This document shows positions 1 to 7,529 of a stretch of DNA of 21,349 nt, one piece after another. The stretch spans positions 1 to 21,349 of the forward strand of contig JBBDRO010000003.1 of NCBI GenBank assembly GCA_040905425.1. The letters run 5' to 3'. The translations under genes were made by a program, and so were the position numbers. The number at the start of each line of letters is the position of its first letter. The first letter of the stretch is position 1. The notes below the pieces were generated by a model that saw nothing but the letters and a program-made list of their open reading frames with translations, did not search any database and was not told the DNA's origin. The DNA comes from Gemmatimonadota bacterium. Lineage in GTDB: Bacteria; Gemmatimonadota; Gemmatimonadetes; Longimicrobiales; RSA9.

Positions 1-26
1 CGCGGTCACGCTGGCTGGAGGTAACG

Positions 27-2114
27 ATGTCCCGCTGGTCGATGGTCCGGCCGCTCAGGCTGGGGCTTAGCCCGGCCATGTGCATGGCCCTGATCGGACT
101 CTCCGCGTGTGCCCCCGCCGTGTCCCCAGCTGCGCCTCCCGCGGAGCCGACGCAGGAGGGCGACGTGCGGGTGGTGGAGTTGCCGCCGCCCGCCACCGTG
201 ATCGATGAGCCTGTCATCGAAGCGGTGGGGCCACAGCGCACGCGCCACGAGGTGCGGCCGGTGCCCGTGCCACGCAGCTTCCAGGACGCGCTGGCGGCCG
301 GCACGCGCGCGCCGAACGGCCGGCCTGGTCCGCGCTACTGGCAGCAGGAGGTGGCCTACCGCATCGAGGCCGAGCTCGACCCCGCCAGCGCGCGCGTGAA
401 TGGTAGCCAGACCATCACCTACCGGAACAACTCGCCCGATACGCTGACCAGCCTGGTCCTCCACCTCTACCAGAACGCCTATCGCCAGGGCGCGCAGCGC
501 GTGCGCCAGGTGCCCATCACGGGCGGCATGCGCGTGGAGCGCGTGGAGGTGGCGGGGCTGCCCGTCCGGGCGGCCACTGGAGGCACGCCCATCGGCGCCT
601 CCTACACGGTGGACGGCACCCTCATGACGCTCCGGCTGCCGCGGCCGCTCCTGCCGGGCGCGGCCACATCGCTGGAGCTGGACTGGCACTTCACCGTGCC
701 GCCGCCGGGGGCGCCGCGCACGGGCCACCACGCCAACGAAGCCTTCGTGGTGGCGCAGTGGTACCCGCAGGTGGCCGTCTACGACGACGTGCGCGGCTGG
801 GACGCGCGGCCTTACTGGACCAACGGCGAGTTCTACCTGGAGTACGGGGACTTCGACGTGGCCATCACCGTGCCGCAGGGCTGGATCGTGGGCGCCACCG
901 GGCAGCTTGTGAACGCCGAAGAGGTCCTCCCCGAGCAGGCCCGCACCCGGTTGGCTCGCGCCGCCACCAGCGACGGCGTGGTGCGCGTCATCACCGCCGA
1001 AGACCTGGCCGCCGGCCGCACCACGGCCGAGGAGCCGGGCGGCAGCCTGACGTGGCGCTTCCAGGCCACCGACGTGCGGGACTTTGCCTTCGCCAGCTCC
1101 AACCGGTACCTGTGGGACGCCGGGCGCATTACGGGCGCCGGTCCCGACGGGCGGCCGGTGCTGGCCCATGCGCTCTACCGCCCCGAGCACGCCAACTGGA
1201 TCCAGGCCATCCGCTACATGCGCCACGCCACGCGCTACGCGGCGGCGGCCATCCACCCCTACATCTACCCGCAGATCACCGCGGCCGAGGGCCCCGTCGG
1301 CGGCATGGAGTATCCCATGCTGGTCTTCATCACCGGCGCCCGCTCTCCGGAGTCCCTCTACGGCGTGCTGGCGCACGAGATTGCCCACGAGTGGCTGCCC
1401 ATGATGGTGGGCACCAACGAGAGCCGCTACGCCTGGATGGACGAGGGCTTTGCCAGTTGGTTGGAGGACCGCGCCTTCGCGGACTTCTTCCCGGGCAGCG
1501 AGCCGGCGCTGGCCACGCAGGACTCCTACCTGCGCATTGCCAACTCCGATGACGAGAAGCCCTCCATGACCGAGGGTGACCTCTTCGGGCTGGGCCACAC
1601 CATGGCGCCCTACGGCATTGCCACCTACAGCAAGCCGGGCAGCCTGCTGCGCGCGCTCGGCGGCCTGCTCGGTCCGGAGACCGTGGACGCCGCCCTCCGC
1701 ACCTTCACGGAGCGCTGGCTGCTGAAGCACCCCCAGCCGTGGGATTTCTTCAACACCGTGGAGGACGTGGCGGACCAGGAGCTGGACTGGTTCTGGACCC
1801 CGTGGTACTTCACCACGGCGTGGCTGGACCAGGCCATCGTGGACGTGGGCTTCGGTATCGAGAGCGCGAGCGCCCGCGTGGTGGTGGAGGACCAGGGCAC
1901 CGCGCCCATGCCCGTCCACCTGCTGGTCACCTACGCCGACGGCGTCACCGAGCGGCACACGCTGCCCGTGGAACCGTGGCTGGAGGGCGCCACCCAGCAG
2001 GTGCTGACCTTCCCCACGCGGGGCCGCGTGGAGCGCGTGGAGATCGATCCCGAGCTCTGGTTCCCGGACACGGACCGCACGGACAACGTGTGGATGCGCG
2101 GGGGGGGCAGCTGA
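27..2114 (+). CDS. M1-family zinc metalloaminopeptidase, probable lipoprotein
   Basis: GGAGGT SD at 16-21 before ATG; HEIAH-x18-E gluzincin motif (HEIAHEW...AWMDEGF); GGMEY variant of GAMEN; hydrophobic N-terminus with lipobox-like LSAC; WYP-x-VAVYDD and EFYLEYGDFDV segments typical of secreted bacterial M1 peptidases. Confidence 0.92.
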   Translation: MSRWSMVRPLRLGLSPAMCMALIGLSACAPAVSPAAPPAEPTQEGDVRVVELPPPATVIDEPVIEAVGPQRTRHEVRPVPVPRSFQDALAAGTRAPNGRPGPRYWQQEVAYRIEAELDPASARVNGSQTITYRNNSPDTLTSLVLHLYQNAYRQGAQRVRQVPITGGMRVERVEVAGLPVRAATGGTPIGASYTVDGTLMTLRLPRPLLPGAATSLELDWHFTVPPPGAPRTGHHANEAFVVAQWYPQVAVYDDVRGWDARPYWTNGEFYLEYGDFDVAITVPQGWIVGATGQLVNAEEVLPEQARTRLARAATSDGVVRVITAEDLAAGRTTAEEPGGSLTWRFQATDVRDFAFASSNRYLWDAGRITGAGPDGRPVLAHALYRPEHANWIQAIRYMRHATRYAAAAIHPYIYPQITAAEGPVGGMEYPMLVFITGARSPESLYGVLAHEIAHEWLPMMVGTNESRYAWMDEGFASWLEDRAFADFFPGSEPALATQDSYLRIANSDDEKPSMTEGDLFGLGHTMAPYGIATYSKPGSLLRALGGLLGPETVDAALRTFTERWLLKHPQPWDFFNTVEDVADQELDWFWTPWYFTTAWLDQAIVDVGFGIESASARVVVEDQGTAPMPVHLLVTYADGVTERHTLPVEPWLEGATQQVLTFPTRGRVERVEIDPELWFPDTDRTDNVWMRGGGS

Positions 2115-2122
2115 AGCACCGG

Positions 2123-2623
2123 TTGTTTCCAGGCGACGTCGCTTATCCCCGTTCCCGGCGCTCCTTCAGCCGACGCGTGGGCCTCGCGCTGCTGGCGCTC
2201 GCGCTCGGCACGGCCGGCTGCTCCATCCCCCGCTGGCCCGTGGACGCCCCGCTCACGTCCACGTACGGCTTCCGCATGCGCGGCTGGACGCCCGACCTGC
2301 ACGAGGGGGTGGACCTGGGCGCCCCCGCGGGCACGCCGGTGCAGGCCATGAAGGACGGGCGCGTGCTCTTCGCGGGGACCATGAGCGGCTACGGGCAGGT
2401 GGTGATCCTGGAGCACGGGTCCAAGCTGCGCACCGTCTACGCGCACCTCTCGCGCGTGAACGTGCGGGCGGGCGAGCGGGTGCGCGGCCGTCAGGAGGTG
2501 GGCGCCGTGGGCAGCTCGGGCAACGCCACGGGGGCGCACCTGCACTTCGAGGTGTGGCGCTGGGGACGGAGCGCGGACCCGGTGCCGCTGCTGGGCGGGC
2601 CGCCGGGGGCGCACCGGCGTTGA
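2123..2623 (+). CDS. M23-family (LytM-like) metallopeptidase, probable lipoprotein; start uncertain (TTG 2123 or GTG 2177)
   Basis: HEGVD (HxxxD), YAHLS and GAHLHFEV (HxH) motifs; basic n-region RSRRSFSRR, hydrophobic stretch and TAGC lipobox. Confidence 0.88.
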   Translation: MFPGDVAYPRSRRSFSRRVGLALLALALGTAGCSIPRWPVDAPLTSTYGFRMRGWTPDLHEGVDLGAPAGTPVQAMKDGRVLFAGTMSGYGQVVILEHGSKLRTVYAHLSRVNVRAGERVRGRQEVGAVGSSGNATGAHLHFEVWRWGRSADPVPLLGGPPGAHRR

Positions 2624-2635
2624 GGCGTTGAGCCG

Positions 2636-4294
2636 CTATCCCGCCGCCCGGTCCTCCGCCCGCCGGTCCCCCTCCTCCGTGCTGCGCCGCTCGCCGTCCA
2701 CCACGCCCCGGAGCAGCTCCTCCTGCGCCAGCGTGGCGCCCACCAGCACCGGGCGGCGCTGGATCCAGCGCGCCTGCAGGAAGGCGGCGATCTCGGCCCG
2801 GGTGCGCTCGGGCGTCCAGTCCAGCAGCTCCATCATGAGGTGGGCGGCGGGCACGGCGCAGTCCACGCCGTCGCACGGGCCGGCGCCCACGTGGCTGTGG
2901 CGGAACAGGTCCTTGAGCGTGCGGCAGCCCTCCACCTGCACGGCGTGGCGGATCTCGGCGGCCGTCACGGCCTCGGCGCGGCACACGGCCGTGAGCTCGG
3001 CGGGGCCCGCCCCGCTCAGGAAGTCGCGTAGCCGGCCGCCCACCCGCCGCCAGATGCGCTCCAGCGCCGACGCGGGCAGGTGCAGCTCTTCGGAGAGGGC
3101 CACGAAGTCGGGCGGCTCCTCCGCGCCCGGCAGCGGCCGCTCACCGGTCGTGCACGGCACGGGTGGCCGCTCGAGTAGCTCCAGTGCGCGGTCCACCGTC
3201 TCCATGGCCTGGATGCGGAAGGAGGCCAGCTTGCCGCCGGTGATGGAGAGCAGGCCGTGCACGCCCTCCGTGGCCCCGTGGTCCACCACCTCGTGCCGGC
3301 GCGACAGATCGTCCGGGTCCACGCCCCACTCGAAGACCGTGTTGCGGACCCCGCCCCACGCGCGGATGGGGCGCCACTGGCGCGCCTGCGGCAGGGCGTG
3401 GGCCGTGGCCTCGATGACGTAGGCCACCTCGTCCGCCGAGATATCCAGGTCCACGCGGGCGGGGTCGCCGAAGTAGTCATCGTCCGTGGTACCCACGATG
3501 GTTTCCGCGCCGTGCGGCACCAGGAAGATGGTGCGTCCGTCGCGCCCTTCCAGGATGAGCCCGTAGTTGCCGATGCGACGCTCGAAGGTGACGTGGATGC
3601 CCTTGCCGGGGCGGAGGCGCACGGTGGCGCCCGCCAGCTCCGCCACGCGCGGCGCCCAGGGGCCGCCCGCGTTGACCACCACCCGCGCCTCCACCTCGAA
3701 GACGCGGCCCGTGATGCGGTCGCGGGCGCGCACGCCGCGCACGGCGTCCGCCGAGTGCAGCACGGCCTCCACCTGCGTGTGCGTGAAGAGGTCCGCCCCC
3801 GCCTCGCGCGCGTCCAGCGCGTTCAGCGCCGCCAGGCGGAAGACGTCACAGCCCCACTCGTCCAGCGTCACCGCGCCCGTGATGTCGGGCGCCAGCCCCG
3901 GCTCGAGGGCCCGCGCCTCCGCCTGGCTAAGGCGCGCGTGGCGGAGCCCGCCCTTGCGCTCGGCGTGCGGGTCGTAGGCGCCGAGCAGCGCCTCCGTGGC
4001 CTCGCGCATGAACGGGTTGCCGGGGCGGAGCGGCCACAGGAAGGGGATGCGCCAGGTGAGGTGCGGGGCAATGCGCCGGATGCGCCCCGCGTCCTCGGAT
4101 GCAACTCTGGTGGTAGGTACGTCGTAGAGCAGGTAGCGCACGCCGCCATGGACCATGCGGGTGGAGGCGCCGGTGGTGCCGGCGGCCCAGTCCTCCCGCT
4201 CGAAGAGGGCCACGGAGAGCCCGCGCAGGGCGGCGTCCCGGGCGGTGCCGGCGCCGTTGATGCCGCCCCCGATGATGGCCAGGTCGTAGAGCAT
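2636..4294 (-). CDS. FAD-dependent glycerol-3-phosphate dehydrogenase/oxidase, GlpA-like with C-terminal BFD-like domain
   Basis: MLYDLAIIGGGINGAGTARDAALRG Rossmann start; STRMVHGGVRYL; VGTTD; ITGGKLASFRIQA; C-terminal CRAE...GPCDGVDC and FLQARW segment resembling GlpA; true ATG at 4294 inside the longer ORF. Confidence 0.88.
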   Translation of the reverse strand: MLYDLAIIGGGINGAGTARDAALRGLSVALFEREDWAAGTTGASTRMVHGGVRYLLYDVPTTRVASEDAGRIRRIAPHLTWRIPFLWPLRPGNPFMREATEALLGAYDPHAERKGGLRHARLSQAEARALEPGLAPDITGAVTLDEWGCDVFRLAALNALDAREAGADLFTHTQVEAVLHSADAVRGVRARDRITGRVFEVEARVVVNAGGPWAPRVAELAGATVRLRPGKGIHVTFERRIGNYGLILEGRDGRTIFLVPHGAETIVGTTDDDYFGDPARVDLDISADEVAYVIEATAHALPQARQWRPIRAWGGVRNTVFEWGVDPDDLSRRHEVVDHGATEGVHGLLSITGGKLASFRIQAMETVDRALELLERPPVPCTTGERPLPGAEEPPDFVALSEELHLPASALERIWRRVGGRLRDFLSGAGPAELTAVCRAEAVTAAEIRHAVQVEGCRTLKDLFRHSHVGAGPCDGVDCAVPAAHLMMELLDWTPERTRAEIAAFLQARWIQRRPVLVGATLAQEELLRGVVDGERRSTEEGDRRAEDRAAG

Positions 4295-4354
4295 GCGTAC
4301 AACATAGGGTGGATGCGGCCATTCCGCCGGGGGACCCTGGCCGCTCGGCGCTGG

Positions 4355-4361
4355 TATCATA
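4355..4361. promoter_or_regulatory. Putative overlapping (bidirectional) sigma70 -10 elements between the divergent glpA-like and tonB-like genes
   Basis: TATCAT on + (4355-4360) preceded by TGn extended -10; TATGAT on - (4361-4356); AT-rich hexamers are rare in this GC-rich DNA. Confidence 0.5.
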
Positions 4362-4391
4362 CAGCAGGATCCGCCCCGACCCGAGGAAGGG

Positions 4392-5099
4392 ATGGAAGAC
4401 ACCCGCCGCCGCAACGACGTCCACAACGAACGCCACCGCCGCGCCCTGCGGTGGGGGCTGTTTGCGTCACTGGTGGCCCACGCGCTGATTCTGCTGCTCT
4501 TCAACTCCCGCTTCGCGGTGCCGCCGTCTCCGTTCTCGGCCGCTGGGCCACGGGCCGGTGACGACCGCGCCGCCGCGGGCGGCGGCGCCGAACTGCTGGC
4601 CTTCAACGTGGCGCTGCCGGTCACCGCGCCCGAGGCCATCCCGCGGCCGCCACCCCCCACCGTGCCGGACGTGGAGGTGGAGACGCAGCCGGTGGAGAAG
4701 CAGGAGGTGAGTTACACGCTACCCGATCTGGTGGGCGGCGGCGTGGCGGGCAGCGGCCAGGGGCAGAAGGTGGGGCCAGGGCTGGACGCCGGCACGGGCC
4801 GCGGCGACGGCGGCACCTCGGACGAGGGCCGCTTCCGCGTCATCCCGCCCACGCCGCGCGGCCTCATCCTGCCGCCCAGCGACCGGCCGAACCGGGTGCG
4901 CGGCAAGGAGGTGGACGTCTGGGTGTTCGTCACCGTCCAGGGGCAGGTGGTGGCCGACTCCACCCGCCTCTTCCCCAGCACGGGCGACAGGGGCTTCGAC
5001 AAGCGCCTGCGGGACCAGGCCAACGAGTGGCGCTTCGATCCCGCCCGCAAGGGTGCGGAGATCGTGGCGGAGTGGTTCCGCTACACCATCATCCTGTAA
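4392..5099 (+). CDS. TonB-like energy transducer / TonB C-terminal domain protein
   Basis: GAGGAAGG SD; single N-terminal TM helix with S-x3-H (ASLVAH); Pro-rich and Gly-rich linker; C-terminal VxVWVFVTVQGQV...STG..GFD...WRFxPA...W pattern of TonB_C. Confidence 0.72.
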   Translation: MEDTRRRNDVHNERHRRALRWGLFASLVAHALILLLFNSRFAVPPSPFSAAGPRAGDDRAAAGGGAELLAFNVALPVTAPEAIPRPPPPTVPDVEVETQPVEKQEVSYTLPDLVGGGVAGSGQGQKVGPGLDAGTGRGDGGTSDEGRFRVIPPTPRGLILPPSDRPNRVRGKEVDVWVFVTVQGQVVADSTRLFPSTGDRGFDKRLRDQANEWRFDPARKGAEIVAEWFRYTIIL

Positions 5100-5144
5100 G
5101 GCGGGCCAGCCCACCCGAGAAGATGGGGCCCGGCGGCCGCGGCC

Positions 5145-5489
5145 TCAGCGTGGTCCCAGGGACTTCACCAGTTTGTTGTACACCCCCATCACCAGCAGCG
5201 ACGGCGCCCACATCCCCACGAAGCGGCTCCAGCGCCGCTTCCCCACCAGTTCGAATCCCGCCGATGCCGCCATGGTCGCAAGGGACGCCGCCAGGAACCA
5301 GTGGGAGGGGATCTTTGCGGACTGCTGCTCCAACGCGCGGGTCAGGGAAGCCTCGGTATGCTCGCCCCGGACCACGGGCGCCGGCTCGAACACCTTCACA
5401 GCTTCCTCCGAAGCCCCGGCGGCGGGGTTCACTTCCAGCCGGTCCATTGCGGCCTGTTCCATGGGAGCCCTTCCGGGTGCGGGGATCAT
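5145..5489 (-). CDS. Small conserved hypothetical membrane protein (two hydrophobic segments, ...GVYNKLVK C-terminus); start may be 5489, 5462 or 5447
   Basis: GAAGGAG SD before ATG 5489; LEQQSAKIPSHWFL...FVGMWAP-xLL-xGVYNKLVK resembles a widespread uncharacterised small-protein family I recognise by pattern. Confidence 0.78.
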   Translation of the reverse strand: MIPAPGRAPMEQAAMDRLEVNPAAGASEEAVKVFEPAPVVRGEHTEASLTRALEQQSAKIPSHWFLAASLATMAASAGFELVGKRRWSRFVGMWAPSLLVMGVYNKLVKSLGPR

Positions 5490-5507
5490 CTCTCTCCTTC
5501 CCGGAGG

Positions 5508-5522
5508 GCAAGGGGAATGCCA
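5508..5522 (-). promoter_or_regulatory. Putative sigma54 (-24/-12) promoter for the small membrane protein
   Basis: Minus strand reads TGGCATTCCCCTTGC = TGGCA, GG-N10-GC spacing, TTGC. Confidence 0.65.
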
Positions 5523-5526
5523 GGGC

Positions 5527-5542
5527 CGGCAACAATCTTGCA
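5527..5542 (+). promoter_or_regulatory. Putative sigma54 (-24/-12) promoter for the DUF1990/DUF1990/DUF4126 operon
   Basis: CGGCAACAATCTTGCA = GGCA, GG-N10-GC spacing, TTGCA; about 75 nt upstream of GTG 5617. Confidence 0.55.
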
Positions 5543-5616
5543 CCCCGTTGACCCCACGGCAGTCCGCGCGTGTGGCCCCTATACGCCCGGCATCACACTC
5601 CGGATGGAGGCGGCCG

Positions 5617-6252
5617 GTGGCCGATTCCGACACACAGGTGGCGGCAAAGCCCATCGCGCCGGCCGGCGGCGGCGTGGGACCCCTTCTCCAGCGCGATTAC
5701 TGGGCGGTGCTCGGGCACTGCCGGGGCACCGCCGCGGAGGTGGCCCGGGCGGTGGCCGAGCGCTTCTGGCGGTATCCACCTCCAGATATGGTCTGCTTCG
5801 AGCGCGTGGACGGCACCACCGATCCGCTCCAGTCGGGGGACGTCATGGCGGTGGAAATCCGGGTGGCGGGCACATGCCACGTTCGCGTGGTCCACAGGGA
5901 CGAGCTGAGCCTCACCTTAGCCACGCTCGACGGGCATCCCGAGGCGGGCCGCATCACCTTCGGCGCTTACCCGAATGCCCGGGGGGAGATCGTCTTTCAT
6001 ATCCGCAGCCGGGCACGCGCGAGTTCGCGGAACCGCCTGCTCGGCTTCCTCACGGCCGGCGAACCCATGCAGACACTCACCTGGACGGGGTTTATCGATC
6101 GCCTGGCGGCCTCGGTCGGCGCCGGCGTGCGGGATGTGATCCACGCCGACACGCGGGAAGTAACCGAGCGGGCGGAGGACCGGTGCGCCGAGGGGCTGGG
6201 TCCCACGTTCCGGGCCGTCGACCCTACCGTGGCGCAGGGAGCGGGCGCCTGA
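5617..6252 (+). CDS. DUF1990-like hypothetical protein
   Basis: GGAGG SD at 5606-5610 then GTG; GPLLQRDY N-terminal motif; TLDGHPEAGRITF and FHIRSRAR motifs typical of DUF1990-like proteins. Confidence 0.75.
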   Translation: MADSDTQVAAKPIAPAGGGVGPLLQRDYWAVLGHCRGTAAEVARAVAERFWRYPPPDMVCFERVDGTTDPLQSGDVMAVEIRVAGTCHVRVVHRDELSLTLATLDGHPEAGRITFGAYPNARGEIVFHIRSRARASSRNRLLGFLTAGEPMQTLTWTGFIDRLAASVGAGVRDVIHADTREVTERAEDRCAEGLGPTFRAVDPTVAQGAGA

Positions 6253-6253
6253 C

Positions 6254-6970
6254 ATGGCTGATTGGCGTGCAGGCCGGAGCTGGACCGAGGCGGAACTCGA
6301 GACCCGCCTTGCCGCGCTCGAGGGGCTTGGCCGGAACTTCGCGGGGAGCCACAGGGAGCGCCTGGCGGACCCCGCCTGGGAGGTTCATGGGAGCCGATCG
6401 ATGCTGGCCACCTTCCCGCCAGGGACAACGCCGTCCGAGGCCTTCTTCGACCGGGGGCGGCAGGCGCTCACCCGCTATGCCTTTTCCGATCCCGCCATCG
6501 TGGAAGCCCACTTTCCGCCCTCCGCCCCGCTCCAGGGACGGCGCATGCTCCTGGAGCTCAAGGTGCCGCTCCTGCGCTATCTGTGCGGGGTGGTCGTGGG
6601 CCGGGTGCTGGATACGAACGATGACGGGATCCGGACGTTCGGTTTCCGTTATGACACCCTGGAGGGCCACGTGGAGCGCGGCTCGGAGTGGTTCCTGCTG
6701 GAACAGGACGGGGCCAGCGGCGTCCTGCGCCTGCGCATTGAAGCCACCTGGCAGCCGGGCGACTTCCCGAACTGGTGGAGCCGCGTCGGGTTTGCGCTGG
6801 TGGGCAGGCGCTACCAGCGGAAGTGGCACCGGCGGGCCCACGAGCGGATGGCGGCGATGGTGCGGGGCGGCACGCGCGTGGCGTCCCGCCGCGGCAGGCG
6901 GCTGGCGCACGAGGGGCCGCGGGTGGTCTTCACCCGTGGGACGCAGACCTTTGAGGAAGGATGGAGTTGA
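6254..6970 (+). CDS. DUF1990 (UPF0548) family protein
   Basis: Starts 1 nt after upstream stop; FGFRYDTLEGHVERGSEWF motif; Arg-rich helix RRYQRKWHRRA near the C-terminus. Confidence 0.8.
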   Translation: MADWRAGRSWTEAELETRLAALEGLGRNFAGSHRERLADPAWEVHGSRSMLATFPPGTTPSEAFFDRGRQALTRYAFSDPAIVEAHFPPSAPLQGRRMLLELKVPLLRYLCGVVVGRVLDTNDDGIRTFGFRYDTLEGHVERGSEWFLLEQDGASGVLRLRIEATWQPGDFPNWWSRVGFALVGRRYQRKWHRRAHERMAAMVRGGTRVASRRGRRLAHEGPRVVFTRGTQTFEEGWS

Positions 6971-6971
6971 T

Positions 6972-7529
6972 ATGCAGAACGGCTATGCCGCGGCCGCCCT
7001 CCTGGGCGCGGGCACGGGCATCCGGTCCATGGCGGGGCTGGCCATGCTGGCCACCTCCGACGCGGCGCCCCGGAACTCCCCCTTCCGCTCCGTCGTGGTG
7101 CGGGCCGGGGCGCTCGCGGCCATCACGGGAGAAGCGCTCGCGGATAAGTTCGCCCCCCTCCCCCCTCGCACCGGGCCGCTCCCCCTCGCTGGCCGGATGG
7201 TCCTGGCCGCGGCGGCCGCGGGTGTGGCGGCCCGGTGGCGCGGCCGTGATCCGCTGGTCCCGGCGCTGATCGGCGCCGGAACGGCGGCCGCCACCGCCTG
7301 GGCCGCCACCGCCGTGCGCGGGGCGGCAGAGCGCCACGGCCTACCCGATGCGTGGCCGGCGCTTGGCGAGGACGCCGTCGTGGTGGCCCTGGGCCGGGCC
7401 ACCCACGGACAGCTCCAGGCCACGCCGTCCCATCATCTGGCCGCGGCCGGCGCCTCCTTGGCCGCCGGCCCGGCGCTCGCGGCCGCCGGCCGCGCCCGCT
7501 CCCCCATCCGCTCCACGATCCACTCGTAG
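6972..7529 (+). CDS. DUF4126-like membrane protein
   Basis: GGAG SD, ATG 1 nt after upstream stop; G-x-RSMA, GE-x2-ADK-x3-P-x-R-x2-P-x-PL-x-GR and ALGED motifs; Ala-rich hydrophobic segments; 3' end overlaps the convergent gene. Confidence 0.75.
   Translation: MQNGYAAAALLGAGTGIRSMAGLAMLATSDAAPRNSPFRSVVVRAGALAAITGEALADKFAPLPPRTGPLPLAGRMVLAAAAAGVAARWRGRDPLVPALIGAGTAAATAWAATAVRGAAERHGLPDAWPALGEDAVVVALGRATHGQLQATPSHHLAAAGASLAAGPALAAAGRARSPIRSTIHS

Noticed and set aside
6..1958. 650-aa antisense ORF and similar long shadow ORFs (e.g. 3257-4561, 8515-9879, 12448-14142, 14887-16083, 18902-20119)
   Set aside because: They mirror well-supported genes on the opposite strand; long stop-free antisense frames are expected with high GC3; no motifs
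5100..5144. Possible terminator between the tonB-like gene and the small membrane gene (GGGCC...GGCCC)
   Set aside because: Stem short and interrupted, no U-tract on either strand
5053..7529. Long ORFs 5053-6252 and 5301-7529 as large fusion proteins
   Set aside because: Only the 3' parts (from 5617 and 6972) have SD sites and protein-like sequence; the upstream parts overlap other real genes
5100..7529. Cassette as a mobile element
   Set aside because: No transposase, integrase, tRNA target or flanking direct repeats seen; horizontal origin remains only a compositional impression
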